From: Vicugna vicugna | Taxonomy: Eukaryota | DNA: 64,000 nucleotides | Assembly (NCBI GenBank): GCA_013265495.1 | Contig: MU058198.1 | Location: 2,988,419 to 3,052,418, forward strand | Direction: 5' to 3' | Shown here: piece by piece, positions 1 through 12,626 of the stretch | Position numbering within the stretch: position 1 is the stretch's first letter | How the letters are laid out: every line of letters begins with the position of its first letter | Program-made: the position numbers and the translations under genes | Notes under the pieces: generated by a model | What the model was told of the DNA's origin: nothing | The model's input: the letters and a program-made list of their open reading frames with translations, nothing else | The model's database searches: none

Positions 1-129
1 AGCCACACAACCCACCCTCTGCAGCCCCTTTTATGTTCTCCACCATAACTTAGTTCCTAAACGTGAGGGACCCTGTGCTGTGTGCCTGGGGTGCCATTTT
101 GGAGATCGGTCACCAAAACCCAGACCCAC

Positions 130-282
130 CATCATCTTCACTCCTTTCCCCCGTCATCTCCACCGACTCGGACAGCGAGGCCAGGGAGGTGCGTCTGGAG
201 GAGGCTGCAGAGGTCACGCTGGCTTGCTTGCTGCCCGGGAGCCGGCTCACCCAGTGTTCACACAGGGAGGAACTGGTGGAGC
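130..282 (-). CDS. USP31: USP31 exon 15 (STSSSLCEHWVSRLPGSKQASVTSAASSRRTSLASLSESVEMTGERSEDD-G); final exon lies outside the window
   Basis: Acceptor ttctgcag|, donor |gtgggt, 153 nt, phase 1-1. Confidence 0.93.
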
Positions 283-1917
283 CTGCAGAAAAGGAAGCGG
301 GCGTCGAGGTCAGGCCAGGATCTCGGGGCCCGCCTGCCCTGCGCACGCCATCAGGAAGGGCTGCTGCCCGAGCCGGGGGTGGCCACCATCCTCACCACCA
401 GGTCAGCCTTAACCCCCAAGCCCCACATTGTGCCTGCTCAAATACCCTGTTAGGATGAAAAGAAGGACAGACTCCCACACGTGTCTGCAGTGATAAAACC
501 CGAGCACAGGGATGGGTACTTCATAACGCAAAGTCCAAGTCTTAAGTGCTGGCGATACAATGGAACAGAGACAATCATTCATGTATTCATTTATTCTGCA
601 AACATTTGCTGAGGCTGAGCTCACACCCTCCTCCTTGTCAGTCACTGTTCTAAGCACTCGTAGGAATATTTCTGACACAGAGAGAAGAAACCAAGCAGCA
701 GTGCACTGTTATTTTCTTGGCCTTACTGTTAAGTGGTATTTTAAAATCACTTTCACAATATTAATATACAAACACACGTGCACACACAGGGCTACATGCC
801 ATTCTGTCCTGTTTCAGAGAGGCCCTTCGATATATATTAGAGCAACAGAAACTGCTCTTGAAATTGAGAACATGAGGCAGCATGACTGTCTCAAGTAGAC
901 CTCAAGAAAGGGTAATTTCTGAGCATACCTCAGCCCCTGGAAAGCCCTGTGGGACGCGGTGGAGCCCTGGAGCTCCCACCTTTCCATTAACTAAGAGCAC
1001 GCCTACAGACAGAGGGGTGTGCTGGGAGCTGGGGGGGGGGGGTCTGACTCCAGCAGGGGTCACTCTGCTTCAGCGATGCTTCCTTTTCATGGCGCCGAGC
1101 TTCAAGGGGAGCAGGGATTAAGATTCTCTAACCTGATCACACATTACCATGTCTTAGTCCTCTAGTCTCTTAAACTCCACTTCAGCATTAAGAAGCATGC
1201 ATCCCCTGGTCTGGATTGTGTGTGGCTGCGCCAACATCGCATGTGGGCGCTGCTTCCTGCATTTATTAAACACAGCAGACTAGATCCCATCAAGCTAAAC
1301 CCCAGCCATCTAATATTACTGCAGCCTTCGATCCTTCCCCTAACAGAAGAGGCTGATCTTACGGGGAAAAAAGAATAATTTCTATCGGTGCTTTACAAAA
1401 GGCCTTAACGCATGTTTACCTAATGAGACACAGCAAAGACCCCAGGAGGCAGGCAGCCTGATTACACCCAGACTACAGATGACAGGTACGTGGCTTGGGC
1501 AGGACGTGCTCCAAGAGAACTTGACCAAGATGTGACAAAGCCGAGTCTCCGTTCTATTTCCAGATCGCTCAGTCCCTCTACTCCGAGAACAGCGTGTCAT
1601 GCTGCTTTTTCCACTCACTCAGACATGTGTTTGCTCCACAAGTAAACACCGCAGGCTTACTCTGAACCGGGCTCCACTCCCCCTCCAGCCCCTGGAAACC
1701 CCTGAGGGACACAGCCACTCCTAGTTCACAGCCGCTCCTACATCCCACCCCCATTTCCTTGACTGCAATCCTTCTGGTTTCCAGACTATATGCAACTGTG
1801 AGAACTAATCTGATCCAACTGACAGAATCATGAGACTTTCTGGAGAAATTCTCTGGACCATTAATTACAATTTTCTGCTCGGGGGAAAAAACTGCCCAAG
1901 TGCAGTGTCGGCCTTAC

Positions 1918-2076
1918 CTGCCACCGAGCTGTTGGCCGACCACGACGGAATGGCTGTCCGCCTCTGGTAGAAGAGGATGTAGGCCGTCTGCGTGCAGACC
2001 TCATCTTCCGACAGCTGCTGCACCTCACTGTCATCGAAGCAGTACCAGAGCCCGTCCACCGAGTTCTTACAGAACG
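1918..2076 (-). CDS. USP31: USP31 exon 14 (FCKNSVDGLWYCFDDSEVQQLSEDEVCTQTAYILFYQRRTAIPSWSANSSVA-G), catalytic Asp region
   Basis: Acceptor ttggcag|, donor |gtaagg, 159 nt, phase 1-1. Contains the WYxFDD and AYILFY motifs. Confidence 0.96.
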
Positions 2077-2332
2077 CTGCCAAAAAGAGCCCACCAGCGA
2101 TCAGCACCGGGGGTGGCGGCGCCGCTGCTCCATGCCACCCACACACATCGTTTCTTTGGCTCACAGAATTAATTCAAGAACCTTCTAAGGCTACAGGTAG
2201 TAACACAGAGAGAGGTTTAAAAAAATCCAAATTTCAAACGACACTCAGGCAAAATGTTTCAAGAAATCCCAAACTATTACAAATGGATGAAACTCTATTT
2301 AATCTCAGAAAACACAACACACTTATTTAAAC

Positions 2333-2554
2333 CAGTGGGTCTCAGGCAGGGACGATTTTTCCCCCTAGGAGATATTTGGTAATGAATGGAGAAAATTTTG
2401 ACTGTCACAGCTGAGGAGGGTAGGGGAGGATGCTACTGGCTTCTAGTCAGTAGAGACCAGGGATGCTGCTAAACATCCTACAATGCTCAGGACAGCCTCA
2501 CAATGAAGCACTACCCAGCAAAAATGTTAATAGTGCCACGAGTGAGAAACTCTG
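2333..2554 (+). mobile_element. MER20 (hAT-Charlie) DNA transposon relic
   Basis: CAGTGG...GATGCTGCTAAACATCCTACAATG...GAGAAACTCTG matches the recalled MER20 consensus end to end. Confidence 0.85.
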
Positions 2555-2653
2555 GGTTTTTTTTGTTTGTTTGATTGGAGGTACTGGGGATTGAACCCAG
2601 GACCTTGTGCATGCTAAGCACTCGCTCTACCACTGAGCTATATCCCATCCTCT
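2555..2653 (-). mobile_element. tRNA-Ala-derived SINE (camelid vic-1-like)
   Basis: Reverse complement of TAGCTCAGTGGTAGAG...GGTTCAATCCCCAGTACCTCC with an A-rich tail. GAAACTCTG is duplicated on both sides. Confidence 0.85.
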
Positions 2654-2724
2654 GTGAAACTCTGTTTAAAACATGTTGTAACATATTAGTGTTTATTAGA
2701 GATAGAAAATAGAATTAGAAATAA

Positions 2725-2920
2725 TAGTAGCAGTGGATAACATTTGTTTAGCACTCATTACGTGCATCTCATTTAATCCTATGGGATTTGTCCTATTATT
2801 ATTCCCATTTTACAAAGGCTCAAAAAGATTAACCAGCTTGTCCAAGGCCATGCAGCTGGTGAAGGGAAGGGCCCAGCTCATTTCAGGACTGTCCAATCCC
2901 TGAGCTTACTGTTAAACCCC
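2725..2920 (-). mobile_element. MIR SINE relic
   Basis: MIR core-like attattcccattttaca...ttgtccaaggccatgcagctgg. Confidence 0.7.
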
Positions 2921-5619
2921 GACCCTACCCTGTCGCTCTCAGAGGTAGCGCAAACGATGCCTCATGAAGTCCCCCAGCAAACCGAGAACATCTGCGCTCA
3001 TGAATGCATGCGGCCTGCTCTCTGGTTCAAATTCTAAGCCTGAGATAAAAACAGAGCATCCAAGTACCAGCAAGAAGGGACACAACTTAGTGTTCGTGAA
3101 GCCACATCACCCTGTAAAGACGTAGCAAGGAGCAGGTAAGCCTGATCCAGGAAGGTACGTTCTTATTACACTTGCTAAAAACACCCATTTATTGGGGTGA
3201 AAGTAAGTGCGCGCTAGAATATTTGGTTAACGCTGCATCAGTAGGGCCCCCGGGGCACCAGGCGGGCCTCCCTCCGTCGGCCACTACCACTTTCCTAAGC
3301 ACAGACTCCCAGGAGATGCAAGGGACCCGGGAGAGGAAGGGCTGTTCCAGACAGGTCTGGAAAAAAAAGAGCAGAATAAGACTGAGGCTGCAGGGAGGGA
3401 AGTCAGCCACAGCGGCAGACTCACTAGAACCAGAGGGGAGAGCACTGGAGACACAGGCAGCAAACGGAGCAGGTAAGGCAGCACTCGTTTGCCCGATGGC
3501 GTCGGGCCAGGCTTGATGCACAGACAACCCCGCTGGTGGGGGGCTGCTATTCGAGGTGGGGGTGGGGGTGACGGTAAGAGAAGGTGCCAGAGCAACCCCG
3601 TGCTAGCTTCAGCCTGTTTCTCTTCAGGACGGTCTGTCCTCAGGCATGGCGTGGAAACCCGGGCAGCACCGTGACTCACTAATGCATCAACGATGTACTT
3701 ATAAAATAATTCTGTGTGCTTTTCTTCCTAGCACCACTTTCTGAGGTGTTTTCTAGACTGGTGCTACTCAAATTGTGGCTCACAGACTGGTCACAAGATA
3801 AGCCAAAACGAGGTAAGCATTTTAAAAAGTTCATGGCAATCTGACACTGCATGATATTTTTACTGCATTTTTGCAAAAACACTGGGTTCAAGAAAGACTA
3901 GAAAATTTTTTAAAGGTTTAAAAGAATTTTTTAAAGGTTCTTCATCACAGATGGGTTGAGAAGCACCATTCTAGAATCCTTACACAAGTCAGCCATGCAC
4001 GTACCGTGTAATTATAGTTAGAATCAGTGTGAAGTAAAGACCACGGCAAAATAAACACTCCGAATGAAAGCTCAAAAACAAGGTACCCTTAACTCAGCAA
4101 TGCTGAGGTACTTCAAATGTTCTTCCCCGAAGAGCAGTGATACGGCCTGAGTACAGGAAAGGGGAAGTAATGCAGCGGGTTTGAGCTCTGCTCAGGTAAC
4201 AGCCCCGGAAGGAGGCAGGATCTCTTCCGGCTCCCTCATGCAGTCGCCAGGTTAGAATAAGGGGCTCACCTGAGGGCACAGAGCTGGGAAGGCGTGTCTG
4301 GCTCCTAACCCACACTCCTCTCACCAGTTTGCACCGCCTCCGAGGTAGGTACGGGTTTCCAGGCACTTTCCAAAGCCTGTTCTACGTAAAGAGCAACACG
4401 ATAGGCTAAAATCTAGCACTATCCTATTTTTCTCAACAATTTCTTGCTAGAAACTACACAACGTGCTCATCATACTTTCCTGAGAAGCAGCGTTACACGT
4501 GGAAGACGCGTTCTTTACTGGAGGAAGCTAGCTGAACACCAACCAGGGATGCTGGCCAAGGCGTCACTTCACCAGCTGAGTACATAATTCTGTGACTCAG
4601 CATCAAAGACCACAGATGACCAGTAATGCCACGAAAGCAAGAATCCAACTGGACACACAGCATTTATTATATAAGTGGCCCCCATAAAATGTAAGTGTGA
4701 AATATGTAAGACACAAAAAAATAGTATTAAAATTTGGTTTATACCAAATACGAGGTAAAACATATTGAAACATTTAATTAATATTAACTTTGTCCTCTAT
4801 GGACTGAGAGGATCTACTGAACTTCTCTATCTCCTTTTTTCCTCCTTGAACGTGCTTCCTAGGGTAAGTAGCGGCCACCCACACCATTCCACTATGAAAT
4901 ACAATCCAAGCTGAGATCGCTCTGCTCACAAGTAACTGCTGCCTGCAGCATCTAAATATTGAAAGAACTTGAACTAAAAGGGTCTCAAGAACGAAAGACT
5001 GTTGTATCCAGTCACCTCCCCGCCCCCTGCCTCCTGGAGGGAAGAGCAGGTTGAGAGCTAACTGCCAGGGAAGAGTCTGAAACACCAACTGGAAGGGTCT
5101 ACCCTCCTCCACCTTCCCCTACCTTTGCGAGCCACTAGCACCCTGGGGCCTTGTCTCAGAAACCACTGAGTTGAGGAAGAAAAAGTGTCCCACAGAAGTG
5201 TACGTGCCAGAGAAGCTGAGCGGGAAGGATGCCGAAATCCGAGTCTCGGCCACCATGCAGTAGGGGCACCCTCACATCAAGTCCCCCACACGCAGGTGTC
5301 CCAGCAAGAAGCCCCCAAATCCACCTGCTTGCCCCAGGGGCATGCGTGCCCGTAACCCAACAATACCATTCCTGAGACTCAATCTCCAGGAAATACAGAA
5401 TTAAAATACGGAAGAGGTGACTATGCACAAAGATGTTCATCAGTGTTATCTTCAAAGTTAAAAACTAGGAACAATGTTTGTGTTCAACAATGGGGGACAG
5501 TCATATAACATTAGAGACCTATCAACAGAAGATTCTGTGGTCATTAAAAATAGTGTTTGTAAGAATTCAGCGTCTCCCCCATTAGCCCATAAGGCCCTCA
5601 CGTGTGGGCAGCAGGTTGC

Positions 5620-5810
5620 TAACCCCTGCAACGGGGAGTTATTGTTTAACAACTATGGAATTTCAACTTGGGAAGATGAAAAAAATTCTGGAGATGGACA
5701 GTGGTGATGGCTGCAAAGATGTGAATGTACTTAATGCTACAGAACCATATACTTAAAATGGTTAAAAATGGTAAATTTTGTTATGCATATGTTATCACAG
5801 TTTCTAAAAA
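5620..5810 (+). mobile_element. Old L1 3' end fragment (L1M type)
   Basis: gatgaaaaaaattctggagatggacagtggtgatggctgc...aatgtacttaatgc...cttaaaatggttaaaaatggtaaattttgttatg is a typical L1M 3'UTR end. Confidence 0.75.
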
Positions 5811-6318
5811 TGTTTAAGTGGTTATTTTTGAGTGATAAGCCCATGGGTTGATGGAATTGTTTTTCCTACCTCTCTCCAGTCTCTAAATTTCATATGATGA
5901 GTACTGTTGCTTTTACAAATGAAAAAGTAAATTTAACCTTAAAATGAAAAATCTTGCCAAGTCACTTTAAAGACACTATAAAAATGATTGACAATTGCTC
6001 CAAGCAAGGGCGATAGATGCCAGGACCTCAAGAAAGGAGAGCAAAACTTTCAACGGGGCTTGTAGGTGAGCTCAACAAAGCAAGTCCTGGGTGAGCCAGA
6101 CGATGTCACCGTCTGCACACACCCTTCCCGGCTCAGGTCAGACCGCGACCAGACGATCCAACACAGGACAGAGACCCAGAGGATGAAAACCGCCCGCACG
6201 GTTGCCACACTGCCTGCTGGAAGAGAAAGTGAGGCTCTAAAGCAAAGCAGCCCTGTCACAAGCAAAACGCGTCGGGAGGAATGGTCAGCACGGACGCCCG
6301 GCCTCTCGCGCTGCAGAC

Positions 6319-6544
6319 CTGTGTAGTGCCCCCCTTGCATGGTGCCGTGATGATTGCACACAGCATACAGGTCATAGATGTAGTCCTCAGGGTCCCTCCC
6401 GAGTCCGTAGGGCCGTCTCCACGGAGACCAATGGGATGGCAAGCTCCAGCTGCTCTGGCTTCTCTTAACTACATGAGGTGTCATGTCCAGGCCAGTCAAA
6501 GGGAACTTGACCATGTTCTGAAGTTTCATACGCCTGTCTCCTTC
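6319..6544 (-). CDS. USP31: USP31 exon 13 (EGDRRMKLQNMVKFPLTGLDM...YDLYAVCNHHGTMQGGHYT-A), catalytic His box
   Basis: Acceptor taacag|, donor |gtctgc, 226 nt, phase 0-1. Confidence 0.95.
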
Positions 6545-8847
6545 CTGTTACAAGAAGAAAAACAAGTTCTGATGATATTTCCATGCAAACAGATGGCAGG
6601 TCAGTTCAGTGTGGAACGCAGACTCCATCAGCTGAAGGAGGTCTGAGTTACCTGTCGGACGTTTCCCAAGACACACACGAAATAAGGAAACAGACTAATC
6701 GTTTCAACTACCTGGAGGACCAGGTATTAATATTACCAGAAATGGAATCAGTGATCTACATGTACGGGGTGATGAGCCTCTCTGAGTCTTCGTTTCCTTA
6801 ACTGATAAAGCGGTTTTCTGTCTTTAACTTGCAAAATGACCATTTCAGGTGGTCCATCCTGAATCCTCTGTCACAGAGACATGAAAAGTAATGGGACAGT
6901 AACACACGTGAAGGGCAGAGCCCGGTGCCGGCGGAGAACAGCTGTTCACACAGCAGGGCCTCTTTCCTCCCACCTCCCCCAGCAGGCACATGAAAAGTTA
7001 ACAGTGACTCCGCCTAATATAGTCATTCAGTTGACAATCCTGGGTAATCTGTATTTCCCATTAAACCCACTGAGAAATCCTTTGAAATCTGTCAGTTGAA
7101 TAGATATTTACCAATGTTTCCTGTGTCTGTGGGAGCTCTAAAAAACTAATCGGACACAGATAATGCCGATCCTAAGGAGCTACGGGTCAGCCAAGGGAAG
7201 AAAAATGTTCATAAGAAAAGGTAGGATGGGCCCTGGATGGTCAGGAAGGTCAGGCTAAAGAATCTGACTCTTGTTCTGCAGTCAAGGGGAAACTCTGAGG
7301 CTCTGAAGGAGCAGGAGGTGATGTCATCAGAGTGGTCATAAACAGTGCCTGAAACACGGCAGAAAGGGAAGAGCAGTGTTGGTTAAGAAAAGAATTAGAA
7401 GACACTGCAATTGCAACCAGCTGGGAAGTATCAGAAGCCTGACCTGGCAGGGTGACACCAAGAATGGGGAGAAGGGGCCACATACAGGAGGCAGTGGAGA
7501 GGCACAGCCAAGCTGAACCGGTGACTGCCCAGGTGACAGGGGCAGGAAAGAAGAGTCGAAGATGGCAATGCAGTTTTGAGTTGGGGTGCTGAAGGGTGGT
7601 CCTATGTCTTCAAAAGAAACAGAAAGCAAAGGAAGTCAGTCTGTGTGTGTGGAAGGAGACAGAGAAGGCTAAGGTCCAAACCCTCAAGCAGCAGTCCACC
7701 TGCAGATCCCAACGGAAGGTGCAGCTGGGACCCTCAAGGCAAATGCCCGCTCTTCACTGGTACAGAAGCTGGACATCAAACCTCTGTGTGAAAACAGCCC
7801 CACCCCGGGGACCATGCGCGTGTCCTCCGACACCTTCACTTCATCAGAGGTCCTCGACATCTCTCAAACCTATCCGGATCCCTCCATCAGCACCGCCGCA
7901 ACCCTACTGCAAGCCATCAGCATGCCTCCCCCGGATGCCTGCAATGGCCGCCTGCAGGTCTCCCGTCCTCTCCCTGTGGCCTCCAGCCCTCCACACAGCA
8001 GCCTAAATGCTCTTCAAAACAGAGACTGGGAAGTGCTGCTTCTCTGCTTCAGAATCCCACTCTGCCTGCAAGGTTCTGCTGGGACGACCAACCCCACTCG
8101 CCTCTTCTACCTTAATTCATGCCTTCCCCTGGCAGCCCCCAGAGCCCCACCGGCCTCTGCTTTCAGCCCCGTGCGCATGCTCTGCACCCACGGCGCCCTC
8201 GGCCACGACGCGTGTGCAGCCCTGCTCCCACCTCACCTGGTACAGGCCTCCTCCTAATATTTCAGATACAAGCCTTCTCAAAGCCAGGCTCAGAGACCTC
8301 TCCAGCTTTTACCTCCCATTTAGCTCTCTTACGATGGGGCTGCCAGGACAACTCTAACCTTAGGAATAGAGAGCCTTTTTGGGAAAATTGGCTCACAAAG
8401 CAAGACCACTCAAAGCAGAGTTTCTTTGCATATACTTATGACTCATCTCCCCAACTGTACAGCAGCTTCTTGGAAGCAGGACAACACCCGTTATCACTTT
8501 AGGTAGAAATAGAATTCTACCCACCCCCAGAAAGGAGCTCAACTGTTTTTTTAAATCCCAGAGTACACTTACTTGAGCACAACATTCTAAAATCTAAAGC
8601 AAATCCTCAGGAACAAAGTAAAACAGCTACAATATGAACTAAAATGTTTAGGGTTTAAAGGGTCACAGGATGCTCAAACTTTGCTTTGGGAAAGAACAAA
8701 ACATGGCCTCACAGGGACAGGTGTGTGTCTGTAACACAGCATCACTGGATCAAACAGGGACACCAAAGACCACTCCATGCTCCCCACCACTAGGGGGCGC
8801 AAGAAGCTTGGCCACAGCTTTGTTCCCAGGACAGAGGACTGCCTTAC

Positions 8848-8967
8848 CTGGCGAAATCTCTTCAGGTGCACGATAAGCACATCGGGCAGGGTCCAGAGGC
8901 TGAGTGTGATGCTCCCCTGCTGCAGCTGCTTGCAGTGCGGGCAACGCCAGGCGTCATCCGGGGCAAG
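8848..8967 (-). CDS. USP31: USP31 exon 12 (LAPDDAWRCPHCKQLQQGSITLSLWTLPDVLIVHLKRFRQ), second CxxC and LPxxLxxHLKRF motif
   Basis: Acceptor ttttcag|, donor |gtaagg, 120 nt, phase 0-0. Confidence 0.96.
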
Positions 8968-11489
8968 CTGAAAACAAGGAGCACGACCTCTGTTAAGCGC
9001 CACTTACGGCACGACTTTTTTATAGGAGACGGCCGGACTCACTTCTTGGCCAGGCCATGGTACCACTCGGAATCTCTCCAGAAACTACGTACGATGGGAG
9101 TCAGTGGGAGAACACAATCCGAAGTGGTGCCTGGCTAGAGCTGGCACCCAAACATTTGCTAAACAGATTACATCTCAGAAAGGAACGGCTGTCTAGGTGA
9201 ATACTGTACAGAGGATGTTGGAAGTCACAGAAGCACGTCACGCTCAGCACACTCCCAAACTCAACTCACCGCCTTTCTAGCAATATAGTTCCCCTTCCTC
9301 CCCTTCCTGCATGTCCCACCTCAGCAAATACCATTACCACCCATCAAGAGCAAAATTAAGGGGTTATCCCAAACCCTCAAACCCTTCCCTCCTCCTCCGC
9401 TCCACGTCCATCCAAAGTAACGCTGTCACTCTTCACACCTGTCTCCTCCTGTCCATCCCTCTAACCCACCTTCATTGAAAGTCCTCACTCACTCTTACCT
9501 GGTCTTCCTCAAGTTTCTTCACTGTCCTCCCGCAAGCATCAAACTGCTCCAAACAACTCTCCCTGCCTGCCATCAACAAGATCTTCCTCAACATCAGTCT
9601 GAGGCCCCAAATCCATATACGTCATCTCTGCAGGCAAGGATTTTGGGATGGAGACATAGAGGTACTAATACGGCATGTCTGATCAGATTTTTTTAAATCT
9701 ACTCTGGAATTCAGAAGCTGTATCAGACCTGGACCATCAACATGACGAGGTAAGGGAAGCCATGGGAATGGATGGCGATGCCCACTGAGATGGAAGAGAA
9801 AGGAGCCAAGGACAGAGTCTTGGGGAACGCTGATTTCTAAGAGAAACACAAAAGCTGACAAACCACCAGAACCTGAGGACACACAGCCAGAAAAACAGGC
9901 AAATGAGAAGCACTGCTTTTATGCATATCAAGAAAAGAGAGTGGCAGGCACAGGGTGGATACCACATCCCATGGAGAGGTCAAATGCAGACTGAGCAAAG
10001 GCCACTAAATTGAGCAAACTAGGGGCCACTGAAAACTTCGGAGAGCAGTGTCAGGAACGCAAGTCAGACAGATGACAAGGTTTGGGAGGGAGTAAGTGGA
10101 AAGACGGAAACCACTAATGGTAAAGTTAGGCAGAAAAGAGGAGAAAGACCGGCCTGGTAGTTTGAAACAGAAGGAGAACTGAGGGGATTTTTTTCAGGAC
10201 AGGGAGACTCAATCATATGCATAGGAAAGATGAGGAGGGACAGAAGTCTGGGTGAATGAAAGTGAATCAGAAAATTAAACTGGAGGGACCTAAACTCATC
10301 TGGTAAGTCCACATCTGTGTGACATGCTGTCTACATGCATGGCCATCCAGCTCAGTGCACGTGGTAAAGGAGCCAGGTGTGGTTAATTTGTTCTTTAATT
10401 CCAATACACCATAAACAGATACTCTTCTGTGAGACACAGTAAGAATGTCGTGACAATGTCTAATAGCTTTGACAGTTTCTAAAACACTTCTTGGTTTCCG
10501 TGCTTATCTACAAAAGAGCTCCGGGACCTGCAGAGCACACGTGGGGCACCGCGGTCCAGCTAAATGCCTCGCAAATGAAGGCAGCTGGCTCCGGAGGCGG
10601 CCGGTCCGTTTTCAGACAGTCTTTTACCAAGTTCTTCCTCATATGACGACAAACTCACTCTCTCTCTAATTTCCAATCTTTAACTCTACTTTTTAGATAA
10701 AATTAAGTCGAATCCCTCATCCACAAGATGGTCCTTGAAGTACCTGAAAATAACTATCAGACCCCACGTAAGGCTTCCCTCATCAAGACATAATCAGCCG
10801 TGTCAGGATTTCCAGACACACCATTCCCTACCCACGCTCTCTGTTTGTGCCCCAGCTTGTCAGTCTCTTAATGTGAACGTTTAAGGTAATGAGAAAAGCA
10901 GTGCTATCACCTGAGTTCTGGAACCTGTTTCTAAAGCATCCTTAGACAACCAGCTGCGGCCGACACCTACATGATGTTGCTGACGGTTACTGACCTTACA
11001 GGCAACTTGACCCCAAGACTATCATCACACAGCCCACTGCTAAGTCCTAACTTCTCCTCGTCTGTATCTGTGTTGTTATTTTTGGACCCAATAACTGGAC
11101 CTAATAGCTATTTGAATCCAATAACTGAAATTCTCAAGGAATAGCCCCCTTCATTCATTCTGTTATGTATTTTTTGAATGTTTTCTATGTGCCGGAAACT
11201 GCTACACAGACTAGTATTATTTTATGACAAGGATAGATTTTCTTACCTGCTGTCCTCCAGACACACTGGACTCATTACTGTTTCTCAACCTTCCTTCCTA
11301 TCCCAGGACCTTCACTTCCTTTAAGTACCTGTTTAACCCCACTAGACTGTAAAGAGCTTGAGGGCACAAATGTTGTCTGTCTTCGTGTCTGCCGTATCCC
11401 CGGCACCTAGCACACCACCTAGCACATAGCACGTACTTAACAGACATGTACGGAGTAAACAAACCTCAACTAAAATATATAACCTAGCT

Positions 11490-11635
11490 TGTTTTGCTTT
11501 TGTTTTGTTTGGGGGCGGGGGGGAATTAGGTTTACTTATTTAATGTTTTTAGAGGAGGTTCTGGGGGTTGAACCCACGCTAAGGACCTCCTGCACGCGAA
11601 GCATGTGCTCTAGCGCTTGAGCAACACCCTCCCCC
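11490..11635 (-). mobile_element. tRNA-derived SINE (same family, more diverged copy)
   Basis: Reverse-complemented tRNA-like head plus the family's tail (cctaattcccccc, A-rich). Confidence 0.8.
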
Positions 11636-12355
11636 TAGCTAGCTAGAAAGATCACTGAGATGTTTCACAGTGTTGCCATCTAGTAGATTTGCTTGCTTTA
11701 GTTAAGCTTTGTGACATCTCCCAAATCAATTAAAAAAAAAAAAGCTAAGTAGGATAAGGTGCTACACAGAGCGTATAATCAACCAGTTTCAAAGCCAGTT
11801 ATTTTATATAAGCCCCAAATTTGAAAGATATGTCTAATGAAAAACTATTAAAGGCACTAGCTATTAACCGCCTGGGAGAGAAAAGACTCAGTGAGAAGAT
11901 AAAAACCAATTTTCAAATATTTGAAGCATAGATAAGTAGAAGAAAATTAAGACTTGTCCTCAACCGTTCTTACTGAACTCGAGAGAGAGAACACCTGCTG
12001 GTTGTGGTAACTCGGGGACACAGTTAGGTTGACTTCGGTCACCATGGGAGATACTCAAAGAGGAAATGGTGTCTCTTCAGTAAGCAAATGCCTCAAAACT
12101 AAACCTGTACAAACAGCAGCTGAGCAGTCATCTATCTGAAATCAGGAAGAAGAACTCAACCGTTAGAAAAAAGAAGTTTTAAAGTCCTCCCCAACCCTAA
12201 AATGGCATGATTCCCTTGATGCAAGAGTGAGTAACAATCAGTAGCCAGAATTATGATCCTAAACATCAACTCAAGATTAGATGAACTCCAAGTGCCCTCA
12301 TCAAGGTTTCTCAAGGTGCTCAAACCTGGAGAAGCTGAAAAACCACACAGGCCTG

Positions 12356-12497
12356 TTGTACAGTGGACATCAAGCGTGCTTCAGCTCCTTGGCTTTGACT
12401 CTGTGGTAGAGCAATGTCTGTTCTTTTCCTCTACACTGAAAGGACTACTTATGCTTTTAAATATATTCAGAACATCATATTAACGTTCAGCACATCA
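12356..12497 (+). ncRNA. SNORA22: SNORA22 (ACA22)-like H/ACA snoRNA retrocopy, probably non-functional
   Basis: TTGTACAGTGGACATCAAGCGTGCTTCAGCTCCTTGGCTTTGACTCTGTGGTAGAGCAATGTCTGTTCTTTTCCTCTACACTGAAAGGACTACTTATGCTTTTAAATATATTCAGAA...CAGCACATCA closely follows the recalled SNORA22 sequence. H box AGAGCA at 12408-12413, ACA box at 12492-12494. SNORA22 is hosted in a CCT6A intron. Confidence 0.85.
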
Positions 12498-12626
12498 TTT
12501 TAATGGCATTAAAGAGTATGAATGACCCACAATGACCCTCTTTAAATTTACTTAAGCATGAACTACAGTTGGCATCTAACTGAAGATCTCCCTGTCAGTG
12601 GTGGTTTTGTAACTGTGCGTTTATTA

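Noticed and set aside
2069..2076. GHYTAF rather than the recalled human GHYTAY in the His box
   Set aside because: A conservative change. Both Y and F occur at this position in USP enzymes, and the catalytic residues are intact.
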